A stretch of DNA of 64,000 bases from Penicillus capitatus (Eukaryota > Plantae > Chlorophyta), in NCBI GenBank assembly GCA_965649825.1, contig OZ287703.1, positions 434,001 through 498,000 of the forward strand, written 5' to 3'. Positions 48,001-63,000 of this stretch are shown piece by piece (the first letter of the stretch is position 1; each line of letters begins with the position of its first letter). Under the pieces are notes generated by a model. It did not search any database and was not told the origin of the DNA. It saw only the letters and a program-made list of their open reading frames with translations. The translations under genes were made by a program, and so were the position numbers.

Positions 48001-51000
48001 CGATTGCGCAGAAGAGTCCTGCAATTCAAACACAAATTGTGTCGACAGGAATACGATATTGGCGATGAAGATAGCTTCTCTGCTGTCAATCTGTCTGATA
48101 CAGTTGCCACTAGCAACACTCAAGATAAGCAGACAAGTTCTAATAGTGAATACGAAGATGATTATTCAGAATTCAGTTCCAAGATCTCATCAGACGACAG
48201 TGCCACCAATGAAACCGATGAGGATAATGTTGATGACTCAGAAGACTCAAGAACGTATGAGAAGGAACATGATGTGCAAGGATCAAACTCAGTAGAGCCT
48301 AATACGTTCGACCAAGCTTCAGATTCTTTAAAAGAGAAGAGCGCCGAGTTAGCTGAAGACGACCACTTGACATTCATAGATGATGTCATTTTAAAAATCC
48401 CGGTGTTGGTAAACGAAATTTTGGGCGAAGAGATCCCTGCTGCTGTGCAGAGAATGGTACGTCGACTGGAGCAGCTGAGAATGTTCATTCGTTCTCGTGA
48501 CGCACAAAACAGCAAGCCCTGTTTCTTGTTCAGAGATGGCCCGTTCGTCAAAGCAATCACCATGGAGCACGCGTTTGTCGTGGAAGACTACGATCTCTGC
48601 GCACAGGCAGTGACTGAAAGACTGAACAGTGCACTGGAAGTGGATCCGACGTTCAGCATTCCGGAAGACGTGTCCTTCTCGGCCAGAGTGGCTGCAGAAA
48701 TGGAGATCCCCAAGAAGGGATACTGCTTCATTGCCACTTCGCACCTGGATTCAGAGAACAAGAAGCCGCAGCTCAGCGCTGCCACGCAAAGCAGACTGAC
48801 GCAGATTCGAGTCCCTGTCTATGGCACCCCTGACATCATGTCCATCGCAGAGGAGAAGCTTCGACGCACGCTTCATGCCAGTGAAGTGGAGTCCCTGCCG
48901 TACGTGATGGGCAGCATCAAGGGTGTCCGATCCGAGGTCGTCGGCGATGACCCAGAACATCCCTGCGAGGACTTCAGGAGGATTCTGAGATGGATCGCGT
49001 TTGTGACGGCGCATCCGAGGAATCTGACCATCCGGAAGAGATGCATGCTGGGAGCCAAGTTCTTCTACCTGACAGGGTATCCAACCGACATCCAGAACGA
49101 GGTGCTTCAGAAGATCTTCTCGGACGAGTTCGAGAAGCTGAAGTCCGACCTCGAGCTTCCTGTGGACAGGAATCCGTTCGAAATCGAGGAGACGGCTGGC
49201 GACGCTGGCAGGGTGGTTTCGCTGATGGGGCAAGGACTGTCTCTGAGTGTGCCACCGACACTGGAGACGCCGTCCGGTGACAATCGGCTCCCAGAACTGT
49301 CCCTCTGCGTGACCGATTCCGTGCGGGAGAACATGGCTCGCATATTTGCCTCCATCTGCACGAACTCGCCCCTGCTGCTCGAAGGAGCTCCTGGAATAGG
49401 CAAGACTGCCGTCATCACCCAGGTGGCCAGGTTCCTCGGAACCGATCTGGAGCGCATCAACTGCTCCAGCGACACATCCATCGAGCAGCTGTACGGGTCG
49501 GTGATGCCGATGTACATCGACAACCGCAGGGTCTTCGAGTGGAGGGACGGAAAGCTGCTGAAGGCCCTGAAGTCGCAGAGGTGGATTCTGCTGGACGAGG
49601 TCAATCTGCTGCCGGCCCAGGTGCTGGAATCCCTCGTCCCGCTGCTCAACGGGTCTGCAGAGGCAGAGGGCTTCTCTGTCCCTGGAAAGCTGGACTCGGA
49701 GCCCGTCGCTGTGCACGGAACTCGAATCTTTGCAACGATGAATCCCGCGGCGGAGGGCGGAGGAAGGGCGAAGCTGTCGAGGTCCATCAAGAACACGTTC
49801 ACGGTCGTCCAGATCGAGGGCTACGACAGCGAGGACCTCAAGCAGATCCTGGGCAAGCAGTTCGAAGGTCTCATCGAGAAAGGGCTCGTGGAAGAGGAAG
49901 ACCTGCAGCACGTGTTCGACGTCTACAAGAAAGTCGAGCAGTCGGTTGAGAAGGGCGAGATCCAGGGAGCCAACCGCAAGCACAAGCTGAACCTGAGGGA
50001 CCTGAAGTCCGTCCACGACATCGTGGCAGGAAACATCGAGACGCAGATCTCCCACCACAGACTGATGGCCTGCGACGACGATACCGAAGAGAGCGAGGAG
50101 AGCTTCGACAAGAGGCCAGTGGTCACGAGCGTCATCCGCAAGGCCCTGCAGCTGGTGTTTAAGCACCGGTTCGACAACCGATCCGCCGAAAAGCAGATCC
50201 AGCGCACCATCGACGAAGTCGTCAAGCCGCCTCAGATGGAACTGGATCAGAGCGACAGCCCGTCCATCGACCTGTCTGTGGGAGACCTCGTCCGGATCGG
50301 GAACGTGTACATGGAGAAGGACGAAGCTCGCGCGTCTCAGGGATCGTTGGTGCACACGGTGAAGACCATCAGGCAGCTGGAGCTGCTGGCGACGGCCAGC
50401 CAGTCGCAGAGAGCGGTGCTCCTGGAGGGACCCACCTGCTCCAAGAAGACTTCCCTCGTGAGGGAACTGGCATCCCTCGCAGGCGTCCCTCTGTTGGTAC
50501 TGTCCCTGCACCGGGACTTCGAAGTGTCCGACCTCATCGGACAGTGGCTCCCCGTCTCCGCTAGCAACGTCGCATCCGAGCTGTCGAAGAAGGTGTTCAG
50601 ACTGACAGACGACGCGGCGAGGCTCGGACTCAGGATAGCAGGGAAGTTATCGCAGAAGAGGAGAGCCGAATTCTACGGAGCCATGCAGGCCTGCTACACA
50701 GAGGGCGCCGAGACTGGCACGCCCCAGGAAATGGAGGAGGTTGTCGAGAGCGTGCAGCTTGCGCTCGAGACTCTCAAGGGATGCAAGCTGACGAAGTGGC
50801 AGTCGCTGGTGCGTGCGGCAGACGAGCTCAAGGAAAGCGCGATCTCCTCCGAGGATTCCTCTTCCTCGATCGTCTTCAAGTTCGTGGAGTCTGACCTGAT
50901 CAAGGCGCTGAAGTCAGGGTCGTTCGTCCTCTTCGACAACATCAATGCGGCATCGCCGGACGTGATCGAGCGACTGCTGTCCCTGTTCGAGGAGACCCCG

Positions 51001-54000
51001 TTCCTCAGCCTCTACGAGCACTCGGAGGGCGAGGAGCTGAGGCCCGGCGACGGCATCCATCCCACCACCCGCATCTTTGCGACGGCGGACAGGAAGAAGA
51101 TCAACACCTTCGGACTCTCCAACCCGCTGCTGAACAGAATGATCAAGATCTGGCTGCCCGAGATCGACGGAGATGTGCTTGATCCAGACGTGCGCCTGCT
51201 GGAGAGCCATGAAACGGTCGAGATCGCCTCCGAAGCACTCAGATCCGTCGAAGGCGGCAACGTGGCCGCCGTTCTCGCCGTGGCCTTCCATGCCAGGGTC
51301 AGGCAACTGGTGCAGACGTCTCGGATCACCCTCACACGCGATTCCAAGATCAGCTTCAGGATGCTGCAGCAAGCCCTGTCTGTCATCCGCACCTGGCTGG
51401 AAAGGGGAGAGCCTCTGTTCAACGCCGTGGTGTGGGGATTGTGGAGAGTGTATGCAGCCATCGTCGAGACGAATGAGGATCTGAAGAGACTGCGGCAGGC
51501 CATTCACGAGTCCTGTGAAGACACGGCGTCGCTTCCCCTCCACAAGTTCTACTGCGTCAGCAGTGGCAGAGATGCTCTCACTCCCTTCCAGAAGGAGAGC
51601 AGAAACCTTCAGTTTGTGTTTGCATCGTTGTTGTGTGCGTGCATGAAGCATCTGCTGAAGCACATCCAGAATGTCCACCTAGATGCAGAAACCTCCAGAT
51701 CTCTGGCAGTCTCCATCAAAGACTACTTCTGCCGTCTGCATCCACAGGAAGCAGAAAACGCAGTCGATATCGTTGAAGGTGTTTGCACTGTTCCAGAAGT
51801 CGTCCAGCTGTGCCGAGACCATGGAGGACTGCTGTCCGAGTATTTCAAAGACATTTCAGAAAAAGAGGAGAAGATTCTGAAGTACTTCTGTCAGAATCCA
51901 GAGAGACTGATCTCACAGACGAAGGAATTCATATCGCAGTCCACTTTCGCAGACTGGAAATTGAGGAAAGCCTTTCTCGAAGACATGTGCTCTGTGCTGG
52001 ACGCTGTGTTCTGCATCCTTGACGTGCAGTTCAGAAACCGCAACCAAGAATTCGAGCGCGTCAGAGAGCTTTTCCAGAAGATCTATCAGATCAAGCATCT
52101 GATGTGCTGCTTCTTTCCTTTGGAGAAAGAAACTTTTGGAAAAGAGGTCAGTGTATTGGAGAAACACTTGGGTCGCTGTACAGATCGAGCTGTCAAGTAC
52201 AATCTCCAGAAGAGGCTGTCGGAAGTCATCTGCGAGACGGACACCAAGCTCTCTCGTTCCATCGTCAGATTGATGAGGAGTACAGATGCATCGACTGCTG
52301 AGAGGAACAGAACTGGTATTGCTTTTGCGTTGAGCGCATTGGATTGGAAGACCACTCTACTTCTCCCTCAAGGCTTGCTGGTCTCTGCGCGTGAAGATTT
52401 CTGCGCGTTGGAGATCCTAGATGTACAGAGGAAGCTCAGCAGAATAAGCATCTTGAAGGAAGTCCATGACTTGCTCAAAGTGTTACCGCTTCCAGAAGAT
52501 AAGAATTTGCTGCACGTCGACAACAGAAGCTTGTTTGGCTTGGGTGTGAAAGCTATCCGTGACACAGTCAGCGCTTTTCGCAATTTTGTCTTTGGAAGTT
52601 CGAGATCTGACATCTCTACGCATAGCAAAGGCCTAGAAGAGGCCGAGTCGGTAAATATCGCTGTAGAACGATTGCATCTTATATTACGATCTTCGGACAG
52701 CTGTTTTGCGTTATCCGATGAATTGTTGGCTGCAGTGGATTTCCATGTTGACATCATGTCTTACCTGCTTGAAGATAGAAGAAGAAACAAGAATGCCACA
52801 CTGACCCGAGGAGACATCAGGAACTGTCATGAACTCTTCAATCGTCTCCGTCGCTCCACACAGAGTATTGCTAAGAGTGAATTCTGCCTACCCTGGATTG
52901 CTCTTTTCGAGTCTTCTGTCAAAATCGACGTCCCATACAAGATTGTGAGATGCTCCCAAGAGAATTTGGACAGGGAGATCTTTGATGGAGAGGGTCCCAC
53001 GAGTGCTGTTCTTTTGGTTGGCGACCTCGACTCAGGCACCAGCCTGTCCGATCTGGTTTCTCTTGTGCTCTTTGAGAAAGAAGCATCTAGTTCTGACTCT
53101 GAGAAGATACATGTGAATGTGCTGCACTACATGTGGAGCAAAGAATGCTCATCTAAGAAAAAGTGGATGGAACAATGGACGAAGAACCATAAAGACAATT
53201 ACTGCTTTTCCTTTTCCGAAGAAGAACTGCTCTCTGTTGATTCTTTTCCCAGGCAGCCTCTTTCCAGACTCGGCATCACGATTGTTGCCTGTCTCTCCAC
53301 TTTGGCCATTCATGGAAAAGACGGTGGAGTAGAGGGAAAGAGAGCCAGTGATGTGAATCAACGATTCATCTCCGGTCTGGAGAAGCAGATGACTTCTTAC
53401 TTGAGCGAAGTAGAGCTTTGGTCGAATAAGGAAGATGATAACTTGTTCCATCACCTGGTTCAACTGGATGCCTGTCTTGTTCAAAGTCAAAAGCAAGGAT
53501 TAAACGAGAACGGCAAATCCCTAGATAGATTTCTTCGAGTGTTCTCCGAAGTGAAGCTGATGGCAGAAGAGTCAAAGCTAGAAAAAGCACTTGATGCCAT
53601 TAAGGAGAAACTGCTGGCATCTGGATGGCAGTCAACATCTATTGCTTTCAGCTTCAGGAACTTAATGATAAAACTGGCCGATTATTCTGTCCAAGAACTG
53701 ACCTCATGCCTAAACGAGCTTCTCCGACAAACAGAATCCAAATTTGGTGACTATCTTATCGCTATGGACATGATCGCCTCAGTTTTGAAACTCAAGAAAT
53801 TACTGATACAGTACGCAACAGAATGTCTTGATGCTGACGATCTAAGCGTCTGGAAGAAGTGCAACGATCTGTGTTACTTTGTTTCAGAGGTCGTTAAGTA
53901 CTTCATTGACTTTTTGATCGTGAAAGATGACAAAATGGAGCTCAACAGATCAAAACCTCTGGAAGATTTCGATCAGTGGCATGAAGCTCTTGTCAAACAG

Positions 54001-57000
54001 ACTGCTGAACTGGAAATTCCTGCGAGTTTATTGCAAGAGAACGACCTTGAAGATATCTTCCTTGCGCTGAAGAATCAATTTAAGCAGCAACTGAAGGAAG
54101 AAAACGAAAAAGCAAGTCTTGCAAGAGCAAGCCTTCTCGGTACACAAGTTAAAGAAGGCATCACTGATACATCATCCACCGTGCTTAAGTCTAAGGCCGA
54201 GGTTCAGGCGAGTAAAGTGAAAAGCCTAAAAAGCAAATTCCAAGATCTCTGGAAGAAAGCGAAGGACCAATCCCAGCCAGCAACATTTGTCATGCAAGAG
54301 GCCGTAAAGGCTGTTCAGGCACTGGACCGTCTGAAAGAAGATGAACTGAACGACATCACTCTCGCCAGATATCAGAATAGACTGCAAAACCTTCGAATGG
54401 AGTTGGACAAGCCACAGGTAGAAGAGATTGGCAAGAGACAATCAGCAATTTCAAACGAGCTTGTGGGCCTTCTGTCCAAGAGATTGCAGTGTATGCACGC
54501 TGCTGACTTCTCGTTTGCGCATCAGCACCCCAACAGCTGCAGCTCATTTCAGTATCAGCAGTTTCAGATACATATGCGCCAGTTGGAGGATGTTGCTTTC
54601 GAGAAGTCAAGCACAAAGGAAGAAATCGAGTACTTGATTCATACGGCGTCCAATCGCCAGAAGCATTCATTGTTGCAGCAAGCACTTGAGGCTCTCTGTC
54701 AATGCTGCAAGCTGCAAAACACCGATGAGGGTCGTCGACAATTAGGAGGATTGTCGAGTTTGCACATCTTCTCTGATCAACTCTCCAATCGCTTGGCGTT
54801 TGAAGCTGATCGAGATACTCACAACGAGCTGCTGAACTGTGCTGTCGCTGAACTTGTCCAAAAACGAGCAGAGTATCTGATCGAAGAGTATTATGAGCTG
54901 TTAGCCGGGTGGAAGTCTGGAAAAGTGGGAAAATCCCTGGAAGCCGTCTTGGATCTGTGCTCTGATGAACGCTTCTCGATGGTGCACGCATATTCAACAT
55001 TGGAAGAAATGGATGGTTGCACTAAACAGCTGCAGAACGATTTAGCATCGCTGACAGCCTTGAGTAAGAATGGCCTCTGTTTTGCAAGTCCAAGTCTCTC
55101 CATGGAAGACGTTGCTGTTCTTTTCTCAGTCAATCCTGATTTCTTGTGCAATTTCTTGCTAAATCCAGTAAAAACCAGCGATCAAGACTCTGTCCCTGTG
55201 GAATTTGATTTCTCTGCAAACCAGCAGGGAGGGCTCCTATCAATGCTGGCCTATCAGCAGGAAGACGGCTCTCGGCTTCTAGTCTTTGATCGATCCTCTG
55301 ATGTAGAAGGCTTCCTGAAAGCTATGAAGACTGTCGTCGTCGATGAATGGGGAGAGAATGTCAGTCAAGATGAGAATGACCTTGGCGTGGAAGAGATCTT
55401 TGTTGCTTTTCACTTTGTCTTGATGCCTTGCGTGTTTTCACAACAACAAACCGGTCACTTGGAATCAATCATAAAACTGGCGCCTTCAGAACCATCACAG
55501 AAAAAGATTACTGACCTAGAAACATCCATCGATCATTATCAAGAGAGTATTCAGAAACTCCGAAGTCAACTTTTACAGAAAGGACTGGGACAAGAGAGAG
55601 ACTTAGACATTCTTGAAGTGGACAAAAACAATTCGAACTCTATGAAAGAAATGGAGAACGAAATGGAAAGAAAGAAAAGGGAACTGATGCAAGTGAAAAA
55701 CGAAGTGGATGCGTATCGATCAGAGATTTGCAGCATGTTGATGCGAACACTGCAAGATCTGCTAACGACAGGTCTTGTCTGCTTCTGCAAAATTATTCAG
55801 TCAAATCGATTGGAATCTCTTTTAAGAAACGGCAACACAACATCAGTGGATACAGTACATGCGTTGTACGAAGCTGTTCTCTGCGAAGTTCGGTACTCTA
55901 TAAGCAAAAGGCGAAATATGAACGTCAAGGCTGAGCAAGAATTTAAGCACTGGTGTCAGTCATGCAATGAGTTCTGTGAAGGACAGTTAAAGAAGTTGTC
56001 GAACGAAGATCCATTAAGAAAGGCTGCCGAAATTCTGTGCAAGTGCGCATTGATTGGAAACCAGCGTGCACTTCAGCGCATGTCTAGTGCAACCAAATCT
56101 CTCTCAAACAGCACCTTTTCATTCATGAACTTGGGGGCGAAAGCAGAGAACCTCGCAACAAGCCTCATCGAGACATGCACGCATAACTGGTGCAATGGAT
56201 CTGAGATAGAAAAAATATCTGAAAACCTACTACAATGGGAAGAAAAATGTAGAGGCTTTGGAGAGAAAGGTGATGTAGATGATCCCATTTCCCTTGATCT
56301 AGCTTACCTCAGAAATTTGATTCTGCATTCTGTCGGTTGCTGCTGTTCTTATGCACACAAAATATATCCGGTGAGTTGGTATGAAGAGACACTTCTGCCC
56401 AAGCTGGAGGAATCTGTGAAAGAGAAGGTCCTTCTTTCGATGCCTTCTTCCGATGAAGAAGAGCTGAAGGCAGAGATGAAATTGCTCCCATGCTGTTGGG
56501 CAAGCCACACGACGTCACTGCAAACCAGTATCGTCGAAGACACGCTTGTGAATCCCTTCCAACTCACATACATTCTTGAACAGTGCTCGGCGGTGAATGC
56601 TCCACTCTATCAGTCCGTTTCCTACGCTGGACAGCTGTTTGTCCGTGGAATTCTGGAGCTCGAGAGCACGCTGCACAACATCTCTCAGACAAACAAGATT
56701 CCTATCATCACCTCAGAAGAGTGTCAGAATCTTGATACCCTCTTAAAACAGTTGCTGGAGATGTGTGGTGAATCACTTCCTGTAATGACAGTTAAGCAGA
56801 CACACAGGAGATTCTCCGAGCTCTCTGCACAAATTGTTGAACTGACCAATGCGATGCTCCAGACAAGGAAACATCCAAGACCATACTTAACAGATTACTT
56901 GGGAAGAATTTGTGAACAGTGGTGGTACGAAACCGCATCCATGTGTCTACAGAAACTCCCAGCAGAACATAAATCTGCCACCAACACACTCAATCAGAGA

Positions 57001-60000
57001 ATCGCTAACGTACCTGGCAAGAACATCTTGGAAGATCTCTTGCAGTTGTCCGATTTCAGTGATCTTGACAAATTACGAGAAAGCCTTCGCAATAAAGGAA
57101 TGGATCTTACATCTGCGACGCTGAGTGACCAGCAGATCCAATACCTTCGTGTTTTTTCTTCCGTGCTGAGTCAACTTCCTCTCTCGGCAAGATCAAGACT
57201 GCTGCATAACTGGCGAACGTGTCAAGCATTTTCAAGTGCCAGAATGCCTGTTGAAGAGTACGATGAATTCTTGAAGGCGCACGAGAATCTACTCAAGACA
57301 GCTGTGCTAAAAATCCTTTTCTTTAGAAATGTGTTTGACGAAGAAACTAAAATGGTCATCAGCAAAGGTTGCTGCATTTTGCATAACCTTTGCAATGCTA
57401 TCTGCCATGAGGTTATAGAATGGATACAAAGCTTGCATTCTGACCTGCAGCGAGTAGTCGAGAATGCAGATACCCTTGTCGAAGATTGTGCATCAGCACG
57501 CAGAGATTACAACAAGAGTATTGCCTCATTCCTCGATGCACGCCATGAAAGAAGAAAAAGAACACAGCAAAACTGCATCCAAAAACTGAAGACTCTGGAA
57601 CAGCGTCGACAGAATCTTCGATCAGAACTGACAGAAATTACCAACGGGCTTTGTTCGCATTATTCTGACTTGTGGAGGGGAGCTACTCTTTACTTCAAAC
57701 ACGAAGGAATTTCTGACTGGTACATGCTAGAGAGCAATGGAATGCTAGACTTGAGTAGATCGCTGAATGTAGTATTGCAGAAGCAGCAAGTTCTTTATCA
57801 AGAAAAACACGTCACTGATTGCATCAATCTTGCAAAATATGAGCTGAAAAGTGTTGTTATCCAGTTGGAAATTCTAACTCTGGATCTGGATTCTTTTCTC
57901 CGGCTCGATGACGCAGTGGTCCAGATCGGAGTATCAGAAGGAGGCATAGGAAGAATACATTCTGTGAAGTATGGGTACGACTCGGGAAAACTGTTGCCCA
58001 TCTCCTACGTTGTCACCGATGAAGAGAGCTTTACACTTAGACTGTTGTTCACAGGAAAAGACAGCAATGAGTTCGCTAGGCAGTTCAAGTTGGGAGAGAT
58101 GGACAAACTCGTATGCTTTCGAGTCGATGGAGTAAAGTCTTGCGAGAGAAAACCTATTGTGAAATTCAGCATCGCCAAGAAGACAATGATTATTGGAGAG
58201 GAAGATCTTTCTATGCTGTCAGCAGTATCCTGCTCACAAACTTGTCCGGGTCCTTTGTCCCAATTATCCGAAAAAATGCACGCTCTCGTTAAAGAGTATG
58301 ATGAACATTTTGATGAGTTGCAGCAGAATATATGCCAGAACGGTGATGCAGTGAATGAAGAGAGAGAAGCATCTGCCAGCCTCAACATTTCAAGTGTCGA
58401 ACGTAGTTCTATTGAGAGAAGTCCACAAACACAGGCTACTACCAAGTGGAGTAATGTTCTTAATGAAATTACTCAGTTATTCCACGGGGTGCAGTCTGAC
58501 TTAGTGGCAGCGAGAGAAAATCAGGGGATGCACTTGAACAGCCAGAGAATTAGAGACGGGCTAAAAAGCATTGGTGATGCAATGCAAAGAATGCAGGGAC
58601 TGGAATTCGACGAGAGCAAGTTGCATGTTGTCGATTTCGACCATGATGGCAAAGATCTCTCCTCTGCTTGGACCTTGGATATGAAATCGCCTTTTCTACG
58701 AATAAAAGAATGTATGGCCAAGATGCGGCGGTTGGGAGAAAGGAGCCTTGAACTGTTATCTACTGCAGCTCTTTACGCGTTGTTCCAGACCAGTCTGGCA
58801 GTTGTCTCGAATAAGGACTTTATTAACTTGGAAAAGGAACTGCAAGAGTGGAGAGTTCTGTTGAAAGACAGTCCCATGTCGTCCAATCAGAAAGAAGCCA
58901 TTGCCTTCAAAGCTGAAAACCGCTGCCGCTCTGCTCTGTCCCTTGCTAATGCCAGAGTCCAATGCATGTCTTGCTTCGAGCATATCAGAGATGAACATCA
59001 AAGAATTACACGACTGAATGAGAAAGATAGTCCTTTGCTTCCAGGGACCAAACTGCACCACGGTGCCAAGCTCATTGTCATGCCGTCGGACACAGGGATA
59101 TGCATACTTGACACAGAACACACCAGCATTGATTTTGGGACACATCTGTACGCTGCAGATGACAAGAAGGCTGGAGCGAGAGCACGCGTGTGCGTTGTGG
59201 AAGTAGTGAACCGAACAGCTTCGACGATGATTGTCTCAGTGGCTCCAGCCGAAGGACCGTCTACTAGTGGGTTTTCTGTGCTGGCACCGAGCAGGGTCCG
59301 TCTTTACGGGAGATCAACTCATCAGTTTTCGTTCCGCATCAACGACAAGGCAGTTGGAAGGATTTGCGAGCGTTGGCAAATCCAATCGCCCGAGACAAAA
59401 CTGAACGATTGCTTCGAGCTTTGTGCAAACATCCAGAGACTGGCTGTGCAGCTCAGTGCAGAGGAGATGGACTTTGGAGTCTTGCTGACGATTTCAGAAG
59501 AGCAGAAGCGCGAGATCTTCATCAGGAATGTGACAGACCTGCCCTTGTTGATCAAGGGCCAGATCCAATCCAACAAGAACCGTTGTTCACTCTCCATGTC
59601 GCCAGAGAAGATGTTGCTGCTGCCAAGAGAAACACAATATCTGGAATTCACACTGAAACCCAGTGCCACTGAAGAGAATGTCGAATCCACTGTCGTCATT
59701 GGAGCTGTACAGAGCTTCAAGTACTTGAAGCTGAAAGCGAAGATCAGTCGACCAAAGTTTGTGTTCTTGGACGAGATGAACAAGAAACTTGAGGGTGTGC
59801 ATGACATGCGAGCTGTGAAGAAAGGCAAGACAGCAAAAAGTTCTGTTAGCTTAAAGAACGAAGGGGATGTTCCGGTCACTTTTAGCGTCAATTCAAAATT
59901 GGATGCATTGCAGATCGAACCTTCCGCTGGAAGTGTACCCATTGGCAGCATAATGCCAGTGAAGTTGATGATAAAATGCCCTGGCAACTCAGAAAACCTC

Positions 60001-63000
60001 AACATTCAGGCAATTGTGTCTGCAAAAGGATGTCAACAAAGTCAGTTGAGAATTCGTGCGAGGTGGATAGATCCTGTTCCAGAGTTCCGCGAGATATCGG
60101 TTAAGTTCAAGATTGCAACAGAGCAACTTGTGCATATGGTAAAGAAGGATGAGAGATCGCTGGAGCTCACTGCTCGAAACAAGCTCATCAACAGGGATGA
60201 CATTCCCGTTACTGTCTATCCTCCAAAAAGTGATGACTTCACATTTGATCGGCCCCATTACAGCTTTGAAGGAAAGGGAGAGATCGATGTTGAAATGAAA
60301 TGGACAGTGAGATGGCTCAAGAAGCAAGAGTACACTGTGACCTTCCTCACAGACGCAGGGAAGAAACTGTCCTTCAAAGTGCATCTTTTATGGGCAGCGG
60401 GGAAGCTTAAGATCACTCCAAAGAGTTGGTTACGACTGAATCCAGTAAAAGCTGGAGAAACCATGAGCAGAGACATCAAGATCAATACCGATCGTCAGTT
60501 TTCCATACTCAACAGACCCCCTCAGTCCAAGTTGACGAAGACCTTCTCACTGACGGAAGTTCGCAGTGGGCGTCCTAAGAAAGGACAGAAGCCCTGTCTC
60601 CTCGGATCAGATGATGCGTCGATAGGTTTCAGATCTTCGAAGCAGTTCAAAGTCTGTGTAAAAACGAAAGAAGGAACGGGCTGGATAGTTGAAGACTTGG
60701 CCTTCCAGACAGAACAGGCCGTTTTTGTTCACGAAGACCCAAAGAAGTGTCAGTTGATGCAGCAGAAGTTGACGATCGTGGCTCCAACGCCAGATACACC
60801 AAATGCATTGGCCAATTTGATGCAATCATGCAAGAAATCTACCGGCATTGGATCAGTAGGCAAGAATACAGCCTTTTGTCTTCCAAATCTGGACATTCTG
60901 AGAGAGATAAACTCATCTCCGTCCACATTGCAGTCCTTTCTTCTGATGATGCTTTGCGAAGTCGAAATCCTCCAGAAGGAGTGGAAGGTGACGACGGAAC
61001 TAGCACGTCGTATTCTCGGAAGAGATCCTGACGATGCAGCTTCGCTCTGTGCTGATCATTTGAAGCACTTGGAACAGGCACCAAGAAGGAATGCTGGCCC
61101 ATCCTCTACACTTGCAGACTACTTCGAGACGCTCAAAGATCACTTCGAGGAGAGAGGTCACAACAACATGTCTGAGATATGCATTCCTCTGGCTGCTGTC
61201 TCGAATACTCCGGTCAACATCCAAACCGTGGCTCAGGCAATGTACATGCTGCTGCATGCAGACTGCACAGAGAAACAACAGTGGAAATCCGCCATCGCCG
61301 TGATAAAGACAACCTTGCCTGATGCTTTCAGTGCTGTCAAATTTGACAGTGCTTATGATGCCGTTGCAGAGTTGCTTGATAGTCAGAAATCGGCGCTCTT
61401 CGACATCTTGGCTCTGTTGAAGCGTTTGATGCTCTCTGATGATGAGGAGATCGCTTCGTTCAGATTTGCCACAAGCATTGTCGAGAGTCTCCTAAAAACT
61501 GATGCTGGTTCAAGTGTCGACACAGTCATTGCAGGTTTACTTCCAGAAAGTCACCAGCACAGAGAATTCGTATTGCAATCCTTATCACTGAACGAAAATA
61601 ATAGAGAGGAGATGCTACTGTCCCTGGTCAGCAACCGTATGAGAGACTCAGTGAAGCAAATGTGCTCTGGTGATCCTGAGACTATCGTCACAGGATTCTG
61701 TCGTCTTGTGAAGGAAGACGAGGATCAGATCAACTGCGACATGATGCGAGATCTGGTGAGGGCGTTGTCTGAAACGGGTAAGCAAGAAAAGAGACCACTG
61801 ACTAGACATGCTGGCGATTCACCCAGCGAAAAAGCAAAGAAGAGGATCGAGCCAATACTTCAGGGTGCTCAACTGGAATCTGCGTGCGATCCAATCTGTG
61901 CACTTCACGGACGCGAGAGTGAAACAAGAAGGAATCACAACGTCCGTAGGGTTGTTGTGGAAACGCTCTTCGCTGTCCTCCATCGTCTTCCTACTGGTCG
62001 CCACGAACTTTTGAGTAACATCAAGTCGGCTGCTTTGAAGATATCTGACAGATTTTTTCCGCCAAACTCTCAGCAGAAGGCTTCGGACATAGAAAGAGAA
62101 CTTCAGTTCGTAGAAGCACAGTATCGCTCAAAGCTGGTAGACTTGATGATGCAGTGGATCCAGCTGAATCCACGCGATGTTGGCATTGATCTTGTGCTGA
62201 AACCGTTGATGGAGATGTTGCGAGAACTGCTGGCACCGGATGAGGGCACGAGCTCTGAGCCGTCTCTTGTTGACTTTCAGAGCATAGAACAATCTCTGAT
62301 CGAGGCATTGAGCAAACTGGATCCTGCAGCTATTTCTCGTGAAACACATCCTTACGATCTCCTTTCGAAGGTCGTCGGCTTTATTGCCGTGTTGAATGAG
62401 AACTGCCTAGAGAAGGCGGTCGAGCTCGCAAATGAGCTCTCTTCTCTGCAGATGGATCCAACAAAGAAAACAGCAATAGCTGCTTGCAGGGCCATCTCTG
62501 AAGAACTATCGACAGAAGCATTTAAAATAGTGATGGATCTTTTGGAAGAAGATCATGATGATGACGAAAATGTCGAGAAGTTGATTCTGCACCGCATTCT
62601 ACCGCAGCAGATTACTGATGCGTTTGACACCCTCATTGAATCTTGGTCTGACGTGGATTCAGATGCAAATGAAGAAGAATTGCTAAAGAAAATCGAAGAA
62701 ATCAGCGAACCGGATGTGATGGCCACCTTCAAGCTTGTCGGCAATGTGACGAAAGCAAAGAAATCGGTCTCCTGCATGGACGAATCACAGATGGAGTCCA
62801 TTGATGGCCTTCTTAAAATCAAGAAGCTCTTCGATTCGCTTTCCCCTCTGGGTTGTTGGGAGAAGAGAGAGAAGAGTCGAGCAGTTTGGAACATTCTCCT
62901 GTCTGCGAGTGCCATTGGATATGGAGCCGAACTGACACTTGAAGGCCTCTGTCTGAGCAAGATGTCATTACTGCTGTCTCTGACTGAGTTCTATGGAAAA

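Noticed and set aside
43695-51678. Long ORFs of 440, 426, 791, 671 and 586 aa overlapping gene B
   Set aside because: Same shadow-ORF effect; the real frame is plus frame 1 from 42061.
15670-52440. Inverted repeat as an assembly artefact or transposon terminal inverted repeats
   Set aside because: The arms carry scattered substitutions, are interrupted by a diverged insert of different length, and sit in frame within two distinct ORFs. No transposase or target-site duplication was seen. Read-level confirmation is still advisable.
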